Positions 13,996-27,384 of a stretch of DNA of 64,000 bases are shown here, piece by piece. Numbering within the stretch: the first letter of the stretch is position 1; every line of letters begins with the position of its first letter. The stretch lies in contig OX597823.1 in the NCBI GenBank assembly GCA_951406725.2, positions 26,908,001 through 26,972,000 of the forward strand, written 5' to 3'. The notes beneath the pieces are model-generated. The model was not told where the DNA came from. It did no database searches and worked only from the letters and a program-made list of their open reading frames with translations. Source of the stretch: Octopus vulgaris. Lineage: Eukaryota. Made by a program: the position numbers and the translations under genes.

Positions 13996-14298
13996 CACAT
14001 ATATATATATATGTATAAAGCCTTATATCGTGAAGTGAATACTGCCACTGAGGGCTTCCTGGTCGAAACACTATATTTGCCATATTTTAAGCTAATAAAG
14101 CAACAAGACGGTTTGTTAACAACGTTGGAAGAGGTTGACGTTTGAATGAGAACGCTTGAAAAATGGCGTAATAAATTAATATTTCGACCAGGAAACTTTG
14201 GCAAGCTGCATTTGACAAGTCTTTGGTTTTTATTTTGATATATTTACTCTCTTAGCTGATCGAATATTACTTGATGAAACCTTACCATACAATCATAA

Positions 14299-14339
<41 letters not shown>

Positions 14340-15263
14340 GATAGATAGATAGATAGAGATAAATAGATAGATAGATAGATAGATAGATAGAAATAGAGAG
14401 AGAGAGACGGAGAGAGAGAGAGAGACGGAGATTGTGAATTTTGAAGGAAAGTATTAAGTAAGCGTTGCAGACATTGATTGGGTTGAACCAAGCATTTATC
14501 GCCATGCAATTCACATACTACAACACGTACCGGTCGAATTAATTATATTCTTGTTTATTTTCAGAACAAATACATTTTTTTTTCAATAAAAATGGCAGCC
14601 TATAATAGAAAGAGGTACAGACATTTCTTTTGATAACTCGTCATCGCTATCCATGAAAGATGTCAGCAAATGTATATTGAAAAAATAATAGCTGTCTGAA
14701 TATCTTAATAAGTATATGTGTTGTAGACATGAAAATATCGTCGCCATACATCTTATCTTGCAATTTTAATACTTCAAATCCTAAAGCACAGAATGTACAT
14801 TGTTAACGATCTAATCACTATTTATACATTATCCACTCAGCCGGTCTTTTCAAATATATTTTCATCATCTATACAAATACTGCAACATATAAAACAAGTT
14901 AGCAATTACTTAACAACTTCTGAAAAACTAAGCTTGCTGTGCTGATATGGAAACAGGCATAACCTCATCCGATACACATATCTCATGGAACATCAGATTA
15001 AAGATTTTATTCTTTTAAGTGAACAGCTTGTTTCGACATAGATTCAGCGAACACAATGGAATGCTGTCAAAGTGTACGTATAAGAATAAAAAGAAAATAA
15101 TGATTTTATACATATTCTTTTTTTTTTTTACCGTGTTTTGTCCTTTGACTGAAACCATTGTCTGCACGGGTTTTAGTTAATCATACCAACCCTACCGCAT
15201 AACGTCTGCACGTGGTGGCCATTGATGCACTATCTTCTGCTTTTTCCCACATCGCCAACAAAA

Positions 15264-15339
<76 letters not shown>

Positions 15340-15340
<1 letters not shown>

Positions 15341-16001
15341 GTTGTGCGAAAGTGAGACACCCCCTGGCGAAATTGGACTGGACCACTACATATAAATAAT
15401 AGCGGTCTGAGTAAGTGAGGTGGTGCATGCAATCGTAGTGTTAGGCCCTGTGTAGCCAATAAAAAGAAGAACGAGTGCATGCAATTGTAGAGTGTCCAAG
15501 TCTTTCGGACCTGTGGGTTTCTACCGAACGAGTAGTGTCACATTTATAGAGGGTACAGCTGTCAGCCAAGTCGGTTATTAAGATCGTTCCTCCGTCTCCT
15601 CTAAAAGGAGAAGAGGAACTCTGCTTTCTAGCCGTAGTAACTATAGCGAAAGAGGTGATATGGAAGACGCGTGGAAGAGGTATCGCATCAGGCACCCTCG
15701 TCTCCGGGCGTGTTTTAGTTAAGCTCTTTTCATATCACCTAAGAGGGAAAGCACGTCTGGAGAAGAAATGCTTGATGCCAAAAAAAGTACGGAAAAAGAT
15801 AGAAGAAAGTAACCCGAGTGTTGGGTATGTAAGTGCCTAATTAAGCGAAGAAAAGGACGAAGTAAACGGTTCAACAGAAATGTGGTTGGTGGGGTCAAAC
15901 CCGTTGCGCGTCCATTCATTCTTTCATCTTCATCCGAAATTATATTGTATTTGTTCATATATGTAATCTCATTTGCTAGGTTTCCGACCCCTATTTCTAC
16001 A
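15340..16001. mobile_element. Possible solo LTR-like element
   Basis: A GC-richer block starting TGTTG right after (TA)n and ending CTACA. No TSD or PBS found. Confidence 0.3.
15439..15474 (+). mobile_element. 36-bp extreme 3' end of a Tx1-like LINE with 16-bp TSD
   Basis: gccctgtgtagccaataaa is identical to 27170-27188. It is flanked by gtgcatgcaatcgtag (15423-15438) and gtgcatgcaattgtag (15475-15490). Confidence 0.75.
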
Positions 16002-16952
16002 GTGTATTGTCCCCTCTTTGTGTATCCCTTGTTGCTTCAATAAAAATCATCGTGGTAGTTCCACAGCTCGTGTGTTGACAGTCCAAATTTGAAGTTTAAA
16101 GTTTACAGTTCGAGTTAGCGTGTTGGATTGTTGATTCTTAAAAGATTGTTGTTACGTTCCATGTGGTTACTGCCGTTTGTTTCGACTATATTATTACACT
16201 ATTGCAGTGTATTCGTTTATCCATAAGGATATAGCAATATATATAACAAATATCCAGTGTACGCAATTTAAGAAGTCTTAAAAAAGATAGCCATCTATGT
16301 TTCATATTTAATGTGCATACACCATTGTTAGGCAAGAGACAGCGGTTTTCGTTCGAGATAAAACATCTCTCTTAGACGTGCTGTGTTACAAACGCAATAT
16401 ATATCCGAGGGAGAAGAAAAATCGTTCCAGCAGCGGAAAACGAGGATGCCAGGTGCAGTTTGACCTTGGTTGGTCATGTCAATCAATGATGTGTACTGAC
16501 AGCCACATGCTTAGTCGAAACATGATTCGATATTAAAAACAGGGGATAATACATTCACTAATATTGCGAATATTAGTGTACGCCACTGAAATTTTGAATT
16601 AAAATAACTATCTAAGTATCATACTTAACGTATATACATCGTTAACAGGTGTATATGTTTCTTTCTTTTCTTGTCCTTTTTTTCTGGCCCCTTTCATTGT
16701 TCTCCGAATGCCAGTATGACAAACATTCATTCCGTTTCTCGCAAGTAGTTGAGGGAGGTGATACGGGCAGATGAAATGTTCTTCTGTCAGTGTCTGTTCT
16801 CAATGTTTATTATTAAGCGTATTGTTTCTTTTTGACTACATTAGCGTTTTGTCTTTTTTTTAATCAATCGTATATTTCTTATGTTTTATTTATTAGCTTT
16901 CAATTTACATGTTTTATCTATTTATATTTATATATGTTTAATTTTCGTCTTA

Positions 16953-17352
16953 TACTCTTTTACTTGTTTTAGTCATTTGACTGCGGCCATGCTGGAGCAC
17001 CGCCTTTAATCGAGCAACTCGACCCCGGGACTTATTCTTTTGCAAGCCCAGTACTTATTCTATCGGTCTCTTTTGCCGAACCGCTAAGTAACATGGACAT
17101 AAACACACCAGCATCGGTTGTCAAGCAATGCTAGGGGGACAAACACAGACACACAAACACACGCACGCATATATATATATACATATATACGACGGGCGTC
17201 TTTCAGTTTCCGTCTACCAAATCCACTCACAAGGCTTTGGTCGGCCCGAGGCTATATTTGAAGACACTTGCCCAAGGTGCCACGCAGTGGGACTGAAACC
17301 GGAACCATGTGGTTGGTAAACAAGCTACTTACCACACAGCCACTCCTGCGCC
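16953..17352 (-). mobile_element. Full-length CORE-like SINE (family A)
   Basis: Minus strand: ggcgcaggagtggctgtgtggtaag (A box), B-box-like ggtttcagtccc, CORE-like accttgggcaagtgtcttc, internal (TA)/(TG), tail catggccgcagtcaaatgactaaaacaagtaaaagag. Confidence 0.9.
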
Positions 17353-17661
17353 TATACGTTAATGTTTATGAGTTAAACATTTATGATGTGTATTCCGGAT
17401 ACAAATATGTTGATATTGATTAGAATATATTGTTCAACACTGCTTAACACCATCAGAAATAGTGATTCCGCATTAGGGTGTCGAAATCACAATGATATCC
17501 CATAGGCAGTGGAGGATTCAAGTTTCCCAACGATGTTATACAAGGCGACAGAGTGTTTAACTATTATTCATCTCTGATCGAATAGATATAGGATCATCGG
17601 TATTCTAGCCAGCCCACCACCCTACTATTAATAGCAATGTTCGAAACGCTGCTAAAAGTCG

Positions 17662-17790
17662 GCCAGCTGGCAGAATTGTTACCGCGGCGGGCAAAATGTT
17701 TTGCAGCGTTTCGTGCGTTCTGAGTTCAAATTCTACCGAGGTCGATTATTTTTGCCTTTCATCATTTCGTGCTCGATAAAATAAATAATC
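17662..17790 (+). mobile_element. Degenerate Nin-like SINE (family B)
   Basis: ggccagctggcagaattgtt...gagttcaaattc..gcctttcatcatttcgtgctcgataaa. Confidence 0.7.
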
Positions 17791-18162
17791 GACTTCACCA
17801 CCACACCCATGCCCCTAGTTCATACTGTCTATCATTTAATCATATTGTACCTCTGAGGATATTAACGAATGTATTCTTCCTTCTTTAAGGCGATGGCGTG
17901 TAACTTGAAAAAGTATAGGCTTGATGATATCAAGTAATTACGTATAATAATTGTCAATATACATACATTTAATTTATAGGATCCTCTCACTGTGTTTGAT
18001 TTGGTGAATGAGGTAGTTGGCCACGCCATCCGCATTTGCGTTTCTTGCCGTGATGCAGGGTCATCTGGTATTTCGGACAAAGATTTAAGTGCGCTAAATA
18101 AAGAATTATCCAAAATTCTGACATCCTCCTTTTTCTTAACATAAAATATCTGCACATCACTT

Positions 18163-18226
<64 letters not shown>

Positions 18227-18244
18227 TATAAATATATATATATA

Positions 18245-19290
18245 CAGGAGTTGGACAAAATAATGGAAACACCTTAAAATTTCCTACAAATTTATTTTAA
18301 TATGGGGTAGGACCACCTCTGGCAATAAATACAACGTGAATCCTACGAGGTATGGACTCGTACAAAGTATGAAATGTTTCCAAAGGATTTTTCCCATTCT
18401 TCAGCTAAAACAGTCTTCAGTTCTTGTAGTGATGATGGTGGAAGATATCGACTCCTTACTTGTTTTTCTAAAATGTACCAGAAATGTTCAATAATATTGA
18501 GATGTGGTGGCCAGATAAGATGTTCAACTTCACGAGAATGTTCCTCGTGCTATTCGGTAACAACTTTAGCTGTGTGAATTAGTGCATTATCATTCTGAAA
18601 GATTGCGGCCCCCCTCCCCCGGAAACACTTCCGAAACAATAGGATGAATTTGATTAAATAAAATGCTTAACTCGTCTTGACTATTAATTGTGCTATGAAA
18701 GAAAACCATTGGGCCTGCGGATTTCCAAGATATAGCCCCTCAGATCATCTTACATCCTTCCCCCTGATTAACAGTTGGAAGAAGGCAGTTTTGGCTGTCT
18801 CCACACGTATACTCGGCCGGTAAAGGATGACCCGTCAGTGTAAATAACATTCTTCCACTGCTCTAGCGACCAATTCTGTAGGTTTTTACTCCACTCTAAA
18901 CTGTTTTCAACGTTTGTTTTAGAAAGTAGTGGTTTTCTGATTGCTGCCCTCCAGTGAAATCCGGCTTTGTGCTGCTCCCGGTGAACAGTTTTTGTGGAAA
19001 CTGGGTTCTCGAGGTGGTCATTAAACTTTGCAGTAATTTTGGGGGCTGTACTTTTGTGATCCTTTCTAACAATTCACGTAAGAATCCGACGGTCCCTATC
19101 TGAAAGTTTTGGTTTTCTTCGGAGTTTTGTTCAACGAGGAGGTTTTTCCCTGTTTCTCAAAGGCTGTCATTACTTTCGAGACAGTACTTCTTGATACACC
19201 AAATATTTCGGCTGTTCCCGTTACGCCAGCGCCTGTCATACAATCACCAACAACTTGACCTCTTTGAAAGTCCGATAGATCTGTCATATC
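18245..19290 (-). mobile_element. Tc1 transposon relic; transposase pseudogene 18298-19287; one TIR retained
   Basis: TA-CAGGAGTTGGACAAAATAATGGAAACACC TIR. The minus strand translates MTDLSDFQRGQVVG...SRSTVSKVM, VIYTDGSSF/GRVYVWR, IFQNDNA.IHTA, LNIIEH, ending GGPTPY*. Frameshifts and small deletions are present, and the 5' TIR was not found. Confidence 0.9.
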
Positions 19291-19932
19291 TATGACAGAG
19301 AGAAATGAATTATAATATCTCTGTCATATTGCCTCGGTTCTCACCGTTAAAATATAATGTTTGCTAGATAACCCACGTGGGTGGAAGGGGAGAGCAGGGA
19401 ATCTTCGCTTGCACATTTTGAATTTGTCAGTACTGGCAGTCTGAACGGGTCATCTGAGGTGATAAGTCGCCAAAGGGTATGTTCTTTCTTTTTAGTGCTT
19501 CCAAATCCAAAATAAGAAATGTTGAGCTGACGAAAGAATTGCTGAGTTTATTTGCTAATCTAGAAACGTTAACGTTCTCAAATGATCTTTGTACTTGTGA
19601 TATTTTTCTGTTTTTACCTCCATACTTCGTGAGTTATTTTGAGTAAACATTATCTGAGAGAAATTTTCTTTAAGTAGTGGAAATGGCTAAAAAGTAGTGG
19701 AAATGGCTAAAAAACTTTTTGGGCTGCTATTTCTAGAAAGTTCAGTATGTGGCAAAGTAATTTATTTCACTAAGCCCTAATTATATAATGTAATATTTTG
19801 AATTCGCCTTAAATGGTCCTTTTATATACTGAATACTTGGTGAAATTGATTAATAACTAATTAATTTTACCCTCAATTGTTGATATATATATATATATAT
19901 ATATATAAATTTATATATATATATATACATAC

Positions 19933-20070
<138 letters not shown>

Positions 20071-20077
20071 TTATAGT

Positions 20078-20380
20078 GGAGGCGCAATGGCCCAGTGGTT
20101 AGGACAGCGGACTCGCGGTTGTAGGATCGCGGTTTCGATACCCAGACCAGGCGTTGTGAGTGTTTATTGAGCGAAAACACCTAAAGCTCCACGAGGCTCC
20201 GGCAGGGGTTGGTGGCGAACCCTGCTGTGCTCTCTCGCTGCAACTTTCTCCCACTCTTTCTTCTGTTGGCCTGCTCGATTAGCCAGCGGGGTGGCGTCAT
20301 TTGAAGGCTAAAACAATGCGAAGCGCATTGTGACCAGGGATGTGTACCAACATCTGATAGCTTGGTAGGTCACGGTGATA
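20078..20380 (+). mobile_element. tRNA-derived SINE (family C), full length
   Basis: ggaggcgcaatggcccagtggttagg (A box) and ggtttcgataccc (B box). A second copy lies at 54152-54428 (-) and a tail fragment at ~53805-53855. Confidence 0.85.
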
Positions 20381-20402
20381 TATATATATATATATATATG
20401 TA

Positions 20403-20892
20403 TAGTAATTCCTCGACTATAGCGGGCGTTACGTTCCAAAACTCCATACGATTGGTGAAAATTCGCGAAGTAGAAACAGTACTGTAGTGTATATATATTT
20501 GTAATAATTCTTATAATTTGTATTTTATTATAAATGCAAAACAATACCATATACTCGCCTCCCGTGTTTCGTTTTCCATACACAATGTACGATCCTTTGT
20601 CTACTCATCTACGGTACACTACGTATTTTCTTTTAATATATTTTAAATTATGTGTTATACAGTGCAGAACTGTACTGTATTTATACTTGGCAATTTATTA
20701 ATTTTTAGGCGTGAAAATGCTTATTTTACCACAGTAATAATTAATATCTAAAAAAACTATAAATACCTATCGGCCGGAGAAACATGTGATATACTGTGGA
20801 TTCCGTGGTATAAGTTTACATATATTAGCCAAAAAAATCCGTGATGTACTGAGTGCGTGATAGGTGAACCGCGATATGGCGAGTAATTACTG
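20403..20892. mobile_element. pogo/Tigger-like MITE
   Basis: Imperfect TIRs (t)agtaattcctcgactatagcg and cgcgatatggcgagtaattactg. TA on the left flank; AT-rich non-coding interior. Confidence 0.6.
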
Positions 20893-21146
20893 TGTGTGTG
20901 TGTGCGTGTGTGTGTGTATGGGTATGAGTGGGCGTGTATCTGTGTTTGTGTTTGTCCTGCACAACCATTAGTCAACCGTTGTTGGTGTTTTGTAGAGACT
21001 ATAACTAAACGGTTCGGCAAAAAGAGACCGATAGAAGAATAAGTACAAATCTTAGAAAATAAATACTGGAACCGATTCGTTCGACAACAATACTTCAGTG
21101 CAATGCCCCAGCATGGCCACATTCTAATGACTGAAACAATTAAAAG
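20893..21146 (+). mobile_element. 3' half of CORE-like SINE (family A)
   Basis: Begins at the (TG)n tract; cggttcggcaaaaagagaccgatagaa...cagcatggccacattctaatgactgaaacaa. Confidence 0.75.
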
Positions 21147-21708
21147 CATTACCCACACTCCAGCACAAAAGAACGAACGAATATATTTGGCAATCAATAG
21201 ATTTGAACGAAGGTTGCCTGCTTCATTGAGCAGGGAGTTTACCTAGAACTCAACGCTGCAAACATGTACCACATTGATTTTTATTGCATTTCGATTATTC
21301 TATAGACTACAATGGAGAAAATTCTTTTGGGAATCGAGGATTGAATTTATGTTTTAATTTAATAACATCACGTTTATGGAATTTTGCATTTAGTCTTTGG
21401 GGGATATTTCTCTTGTAGGCAAATGGAAATGTTTTCCGAGAGTTCGAATGAAATTATGTAACATGTCAAGAATTTAAAATTGTTATTATTTGAATATTTG
21501 CTGTTCAGTAGCTGCGACAATATGTTAACGGAACAATATCATAAAGAACCGGGAATATTTTCTTAAATGTAACTCTTAGAGGATTTTACTTAATTCTCAC
21601 AGTCTTTGGACTTTTACTAAATTCTGAATCAAATGATTTTAGCTGAGAAAGAGCAATTATATATATATATGCATCTGTATGAATATATATATATATGCAT
21701 GTGTATGA

Positions 21709-21743
<35 letters not shown>

Positions 21744-21745
21744 TT

Positions 21746-22141
21746 TTTCTTTTACTTGTTTCAGTCACTTGACTGCGGCCATGCTGGAGCACCGCCTTTA
21801 ATCGAGCAACTCGACCCCGGAACTTATTCTTTTGTAAGCCCAGTACTTATTCTATCGGTCTCTTTTGCCGAACCGCTAAGTAACGGGGACATAAACACAC
21901 CAGCATCGGTTGTCAAGCAATGCTCGGAGGACAAACACAGACACAAATACATACACGCACATATATATACACATATATACGACGGGCTTCTTGCAGTTTC
22001 CGTCTACCAAATCCACTCACAAGGCTTTGGTCGGCCCGAGGCTATAGTAGAAGACACTTGCCCAAGGTGCCACGCAGTGGGACTGAACCCGGAACCATGT
22101 GGTTGGTAAACAAGTTACCTACCACACAGCCACTCCTGCGC

Positions 22142-22143
<2 letters not shown>
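21746..22143 (-). mobile_element. Full-length CORE-like SINE (family A)
   Basis: Near-identical to 16953-17352. Confidence 0.9.
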
Positions 22144-22237
<94 letters not shown>

Positions 22238-24042
22238 TATATGTACGTGTGTGTGTGTATCTGAACATGTTTATAAATATGAATAAATATTCTGTATGTA
22301 TATGCATATGTGTGGGTGTGTGTTTGGACGTGTAATTTCTAAATCATCTCTTGAGAGAAACGGATAGGAAATACTTTAAATTATTTTAGGTCAATGCATT
22401 TCCATATCAGAAAGTGATTACAGACATTTATTAGAAATAGGTGGATTAGTTAGAATCAGTAGAGCATCGGATTAAATGAGTTTTTGTTTTATTTCTATCA
22501 TTTTACTTCCTGGGTTCAAATCATACCGAAGTCACATGCATCTTTCGTACAACTTTTGAGAATCGATTAAATGTGAAAACTATCCTGGCTAAAACAGCAT
22601 CACTGCATCTGAGATATTCTGCGCTTCATATGCCAATGTTCACGGTTAATTTCATGAAGAAGCCTTATTTTAAAAATATACCTGTACGCGCTAATCACTA
22701 AATCCTAGTTAATAGATTTAAAGTACATAAGACTGAGATTAATACAGTTTGTGGCTTGCTCGAATACAACTGCATACCCCTTATATTTAAAATCTCTAAA
22801 ATAGTTTTCATTGATTTATCAACGATGTCAGAGGCAAAGATTTTATCTTCATTTACATAAATGACATTCTCATAGCTCGAATCATTCCCGGGGAACAGGA
22901 GAAACACATTGGAAAATCCCTCTAATTGTTAGATACCAACAATATCGTAATCTATTGTAGCTAATATGAGTAAGGATTTGCGCAGTTAAACTCCTTCGTA
23001 TATATGTACAAAAAAGCATCAAATTTCAGAAGACTAAATGCTATCAGAAAATTCCCTTCTTCTCCCCCAAAACATTTCTATAATGGGAATTCTCCGGGAT
23101 AATTGACTTTTACAGACCATTTGTAGAGTGTGCCTCTTATAATTGCCATAATAACGAGCCCAAAGAAAACCGATATCAAGATAAAACTGCATCAGTCTTG
23201 ACTACTAGGAAAGAAAGATTACCCGAATTTTGAATTTATAGTACCACAATTAACACTGACGTTATATTTAAGGCAGTAAAAGAGATTTTGAAGCATGTAA
23301 CTTCAGCTCACAAACTACAACTCAATGTTTTGTTAAAAGGAGCTGATTTGTAAAGAAATTCGACACAACACATTTGACTCAACACTATACTTTATCTCGC
23401 GCAGGCGAGAGTGAAAGGAATTGCAAGAGGCACGTTCATCTCCAGTCTCGAGCTAATCGACTTGTTCGTTTACCACATGAAACGGAAACTAAGGGAGGAG
23501 AAGAAATGCCTGTCGCAAAGTGTGTTTCGTAAAAGATGGAAGTCTATAGCAAGTATGTTGCGAGTGAAAGAACCTGTTTAAACGAGAATATAAAAAGGAG
23601 AAAGCAAAGTCTTCAGTGTTAGTATGTGGTTTGTGGGGTCGACCGTGTCCTCTGCTTCATTTTTTGTAAATCACCCATTCTCATTTAATTGTATATATTT
23701 TAATTGTTTGTTTATTCATGTTTCTTCTCATTCGATACCCTGACCCCAATGTTTGTTTGTCTGTCCTCGTATCGTCCCCTCTTTTTCTCAACCTTATGGT
23801 TAATAAAGAAATTCTTTCTCTATCTCACCACATACACACACAAACACACACACACACACACATGGAATAATTATGGAACACGATTGACACTAACATAGAC
23901 CTGATGATTGCGCAACAATGCAAGTTCTAGTATATTTCAATATTGTAAATTTGTAAAAATTGTAAATAAAACGGGCAAATCAGACTAATTTGGAATTTCA
24001 TTGATTAATATATTCTTCTATACACAATCATACAAACACGGA

Positions 24043-24167
<125 letters not shown>

Positions 24168-24262
24168 GTCTGTCTATCTGTCTGTCTGTCTGTCTGTCTA
24201 TCTACCTACTGACCTATCTATCTATCAACCTGCCTACCTACCTACCTACCTACCTAGCTACC

Positions 24263-27193
24263 AGGCTTACAGGGACCGGATTAGCACATTAGTTCAGAGA
24301 GCATTGACAGGTGCGATCATCAACAACAGATTTTTGTATGCTCCAAAGAAAGCAATTAAAGCAGAATCGGTTAAGTACAGTAAGGCCCTAGCATTAGACC
24401 GAAATAGAAAAGACGGAGTCTTAGTTAAGAATTTAGAAGATGCAGTTAGAACTGGCATCGCGTCCAACGTACTGGTAGTGAGGTTGGCCCTCGACCAACA
24501 CCTCAACGCCAAACACGAAGGATGCGTTGTTAGAGCTAGGATGCGTGCGATGAAGTACGAAGGAGTTGTAGCCGCCTGAAAGACCCGAGTGGTGGAGACG
24601 TAACGTGGCAACATAGCCACCATTAGGTCACTTACAGATGAACAGGGGCGCGAATTACTCGAGCCTGAAAGGATGTGTGAGGCTTTTCAACAACACTTTG
24701 CCCAACTCTTTGGGACAACTGGCGGGTCAGAACGCAGAGTGGACTTTAGTGCCTACCTGCATGCCCTGCCACGACTCTCAGCAAGAGAGACGGAGTGTTG
24801 TAAAAACCCATCACAGCCGCGGAGGTACGGTATGCGATGCTATGCTGCGCGAGAGACAAGTTACCAGGCTTGGATGGTCTGCCCTACGCACTTTATTGTC
24901 ATATGCCAGACTTGTTTGGAGGCGTCTTGGCAGCTGTCTAGTGCAACTGGCAGCAAAACGGGAGAATCCCCGCTTTGTAAAGCGAGGAGCAGTGGCACTG
25001 CTAAAAAAAGGTCCAAACAAGTGGGACGTCATTAGATGATTTCAGGCCCATCAATCTGCTCAACGCAGATTTGAAAATTTTCGGCAAGGTGTTAGCCGAG
25101 AGGTTGGCGCTTGTCATCGAGAAACTAGTCTACAAGGCGCAAACGTGCGCCGTGCCAGGTCGGAGTATCCATGACAACTTCCATCTGATGCGCTACATCA
25201 TAGACAGGGTAGTTAAGAATCCTGGCATGGGTGAGGCGCTGATCAATTTGGATCAATCAAAAGCCTTCGATAGGGTAGACCATCACTACTTGGAGGCTGT
25301 CCATAAAGCGGCTGGTTTCGGTCCCATCTTCCGCGGTTGGATCGCTGCCTTATACAGCAGCATCCGCTCGGTAGTTCGCGTAAATAGTCATCTATCCAGA
25401 ACTTTTAACATCATGCGTTCGGTTCGTCAAGAATGCCCCCTCTCATCGCTTCTGTATGTATTGACTCTTGAGTCACTAGTGCAGAAACTGGCGATGCTGA
25501 GGGGCATCCCACAAGAGCTGGAACGCGGGAGGAGCGTGTCTGCATACGCGGACGACGTCACTGTCATAGTGTCGGGCCACAAGCACATCGACCTGGTCGC
25601 CGAATCGGTAACGGGAACAAAAATTAACCGGGAAAAGTCAGTGGGCTTGCGGCTCGGCACCTGGAGAAACAAGCACATGTCGTCCAACAGCGTCTCCATC
25701 GTGGGACACCGGACCGACGGACCGGCTAAATTGCTCGGAGTCTGGAGAAGACCTGGGACGCAGTAACGACTAGGGTAGCCACTCTCACCCAGCAATGGGC
25801 TGAGAGGAAGCTATCCCTAAAAGGTCGGGTGGAGGTGGCGAACGCGTACATCGCATCCACCATCGAGTACCGTCTGACCGTCGTGCCTTGTCCCGACCCT
25901 ACCATCACCAAACTGGAACGCATACTCTTCCGCTTCCTCTGGAAGGGAAGCGTTCTGATGGTTAGGCGATCCATTTACCGTCAACACCCGCTAAATGGAG
26001 GGCTAGGCATGCCGTTGTTGATGATGCACTGAGACTGCGACATCTCCGGCGTTTCATAGACGACGGTGAACAGGTGTGGTCGCCTTTTGTGCGTCGCGCT
26101 TTCCCGCAGCTCGTCTCCTTGGCCGAACTACAGTCGTGGATCAAACTGAGACCGAGGCAAGTGAATGGCACCGCGAGTATCGCGTTGCTCTCCAGCAACT
26201 CTGCCGTCCGGGACCAAACCTGTGCGACTTCATTACAATAAAAGCGCTCTATAGAGGATTAGTGGAGGGGAGGTGCGATGACGTTCTCGGGCAGAATCTG
26301 GGCGTCGACGGGGAACACCTGACCCGCCTGTTCAGGACAACCTTCGGGCCGGGACCTATGAACAATCACCAAAGATCCCTGGCCTGGCAGTGCTATCGAG
26401 AAGCATTACCTGTTCGGGATAAGCTCTACAGGCACGGTTCGAGACACACCGGACCAACTTGTCTGAGATGCGGTCAGAGCGACGAAACCGTTCTGCAGGC
26501 ACTCGTGCAGTGTCTAGTCATTTCGGACCTGTGGGCTTATGCCGAACGGCTGCTGACCCGTGTGGGACGAGTCCGCCTGTCGGCCGAGTCTATCGTGAAT
26601 ATTGCTCCGCCACCTTCCCTCAACCGGGAAGGCAAGGCAGTCGTCATCGTACTGGTGTCCATGGTGAAAGAATGTGTGTGGTGGACTCGAGCGAAAGGAT
26701 TAGAGACAAACACATACCTCTCTGGCCAATCGCTCATCAACTTTTTGAAGTACCACTTGAAAAGGATGGTGAGAATGGAGAGGCAGGTTTTGTCTCGTGA
26801 AAGTTTCAAAAAAAAGGTGGGTGAATGTAGCAAAGATGGTGCATGCGAGTGACGTAACCACTTTGAGCATGATCCTGTAAATCGTACAAAGAGAGAGAGA
26901 GAGAGCACTTTGTTCTCATGTGTTTATTTTCCCCTGCTTGAGGTTAACGTGGTCTTTTCTGTAGGCTTTTCTTTCCACGGATGAACCTCATCCTGTTTCT
27001 TAATTTAAAAAAAAAGTCTTTCTGTGATACACGATCCCTTTTGATCGCCTTTTTTTCTTTCTCCGTTCCCTTTTGATCGGAATTTTACATTTGTTCCCTT
27101 ATTCTTACCTTTTTCTCTTCCATTTTTGAAAAGAAAAGCTCTACATTTGTATTTTCCCCCCTGTGTTCAGCCCTGTGTAGCCAATAAAGAAAG
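24263..27193 (+). mobile_element. 5'-truncated Tx1/L1-clade LINE (ORF2 RT + Cys-rich C-terminus, frameshifted) within a (CCTA)n/(TATC)n tract
   Basis: FRPINLLNADLKIFGKVLAERL, INLDQSKAFDRVDH, SVRQECPLS, AYADDVT, LSLKGRVEVAN, GGLGMP, CLRCGQSDETV. The U-rich 3' UTR ends gccctgtgtagccaataaagaaag. No APE domain is present. Confidence 0.9.
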
Positions 27194-27273
27194 TTACCTA
27201 CCTACCTACCTACCTACCTACCTACCTACCTACCTACCTACCTACCTACCTACCTACCTATCTACCTATCTAC

Positions 27274-27320
<47 letters not shown>

Positions 27321-27325
27321 GCTAT

Positions 27326-27384
<59 letters not shown>

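Noticed and set aside
19672-19713. 20-bp tandem duplication (similar 23-bp duplication at ~60620-60666)
   Set aside because: Ordinary two-copy slippage duplications with no further structure.
20078-20152. tRNA gene candidates at SINE heads (also 38075-38139, 61615-61686)
   Set aside because: A and B boxes are present, but I could not fold a complete cloverleaf, and each continues into a repeated SINE body.
23400-23832. LTR-like or LINE-tail-like block ending aataaagaaat..caccaca
   Set aside because: No 5' boundary, TSD or second copy in the window to classify it.
23898-23932. CTGATGA-TTGC..GCAA hammerhead-like start
   Set aside because: No GAAA follows stem II; at best a decayed relic.
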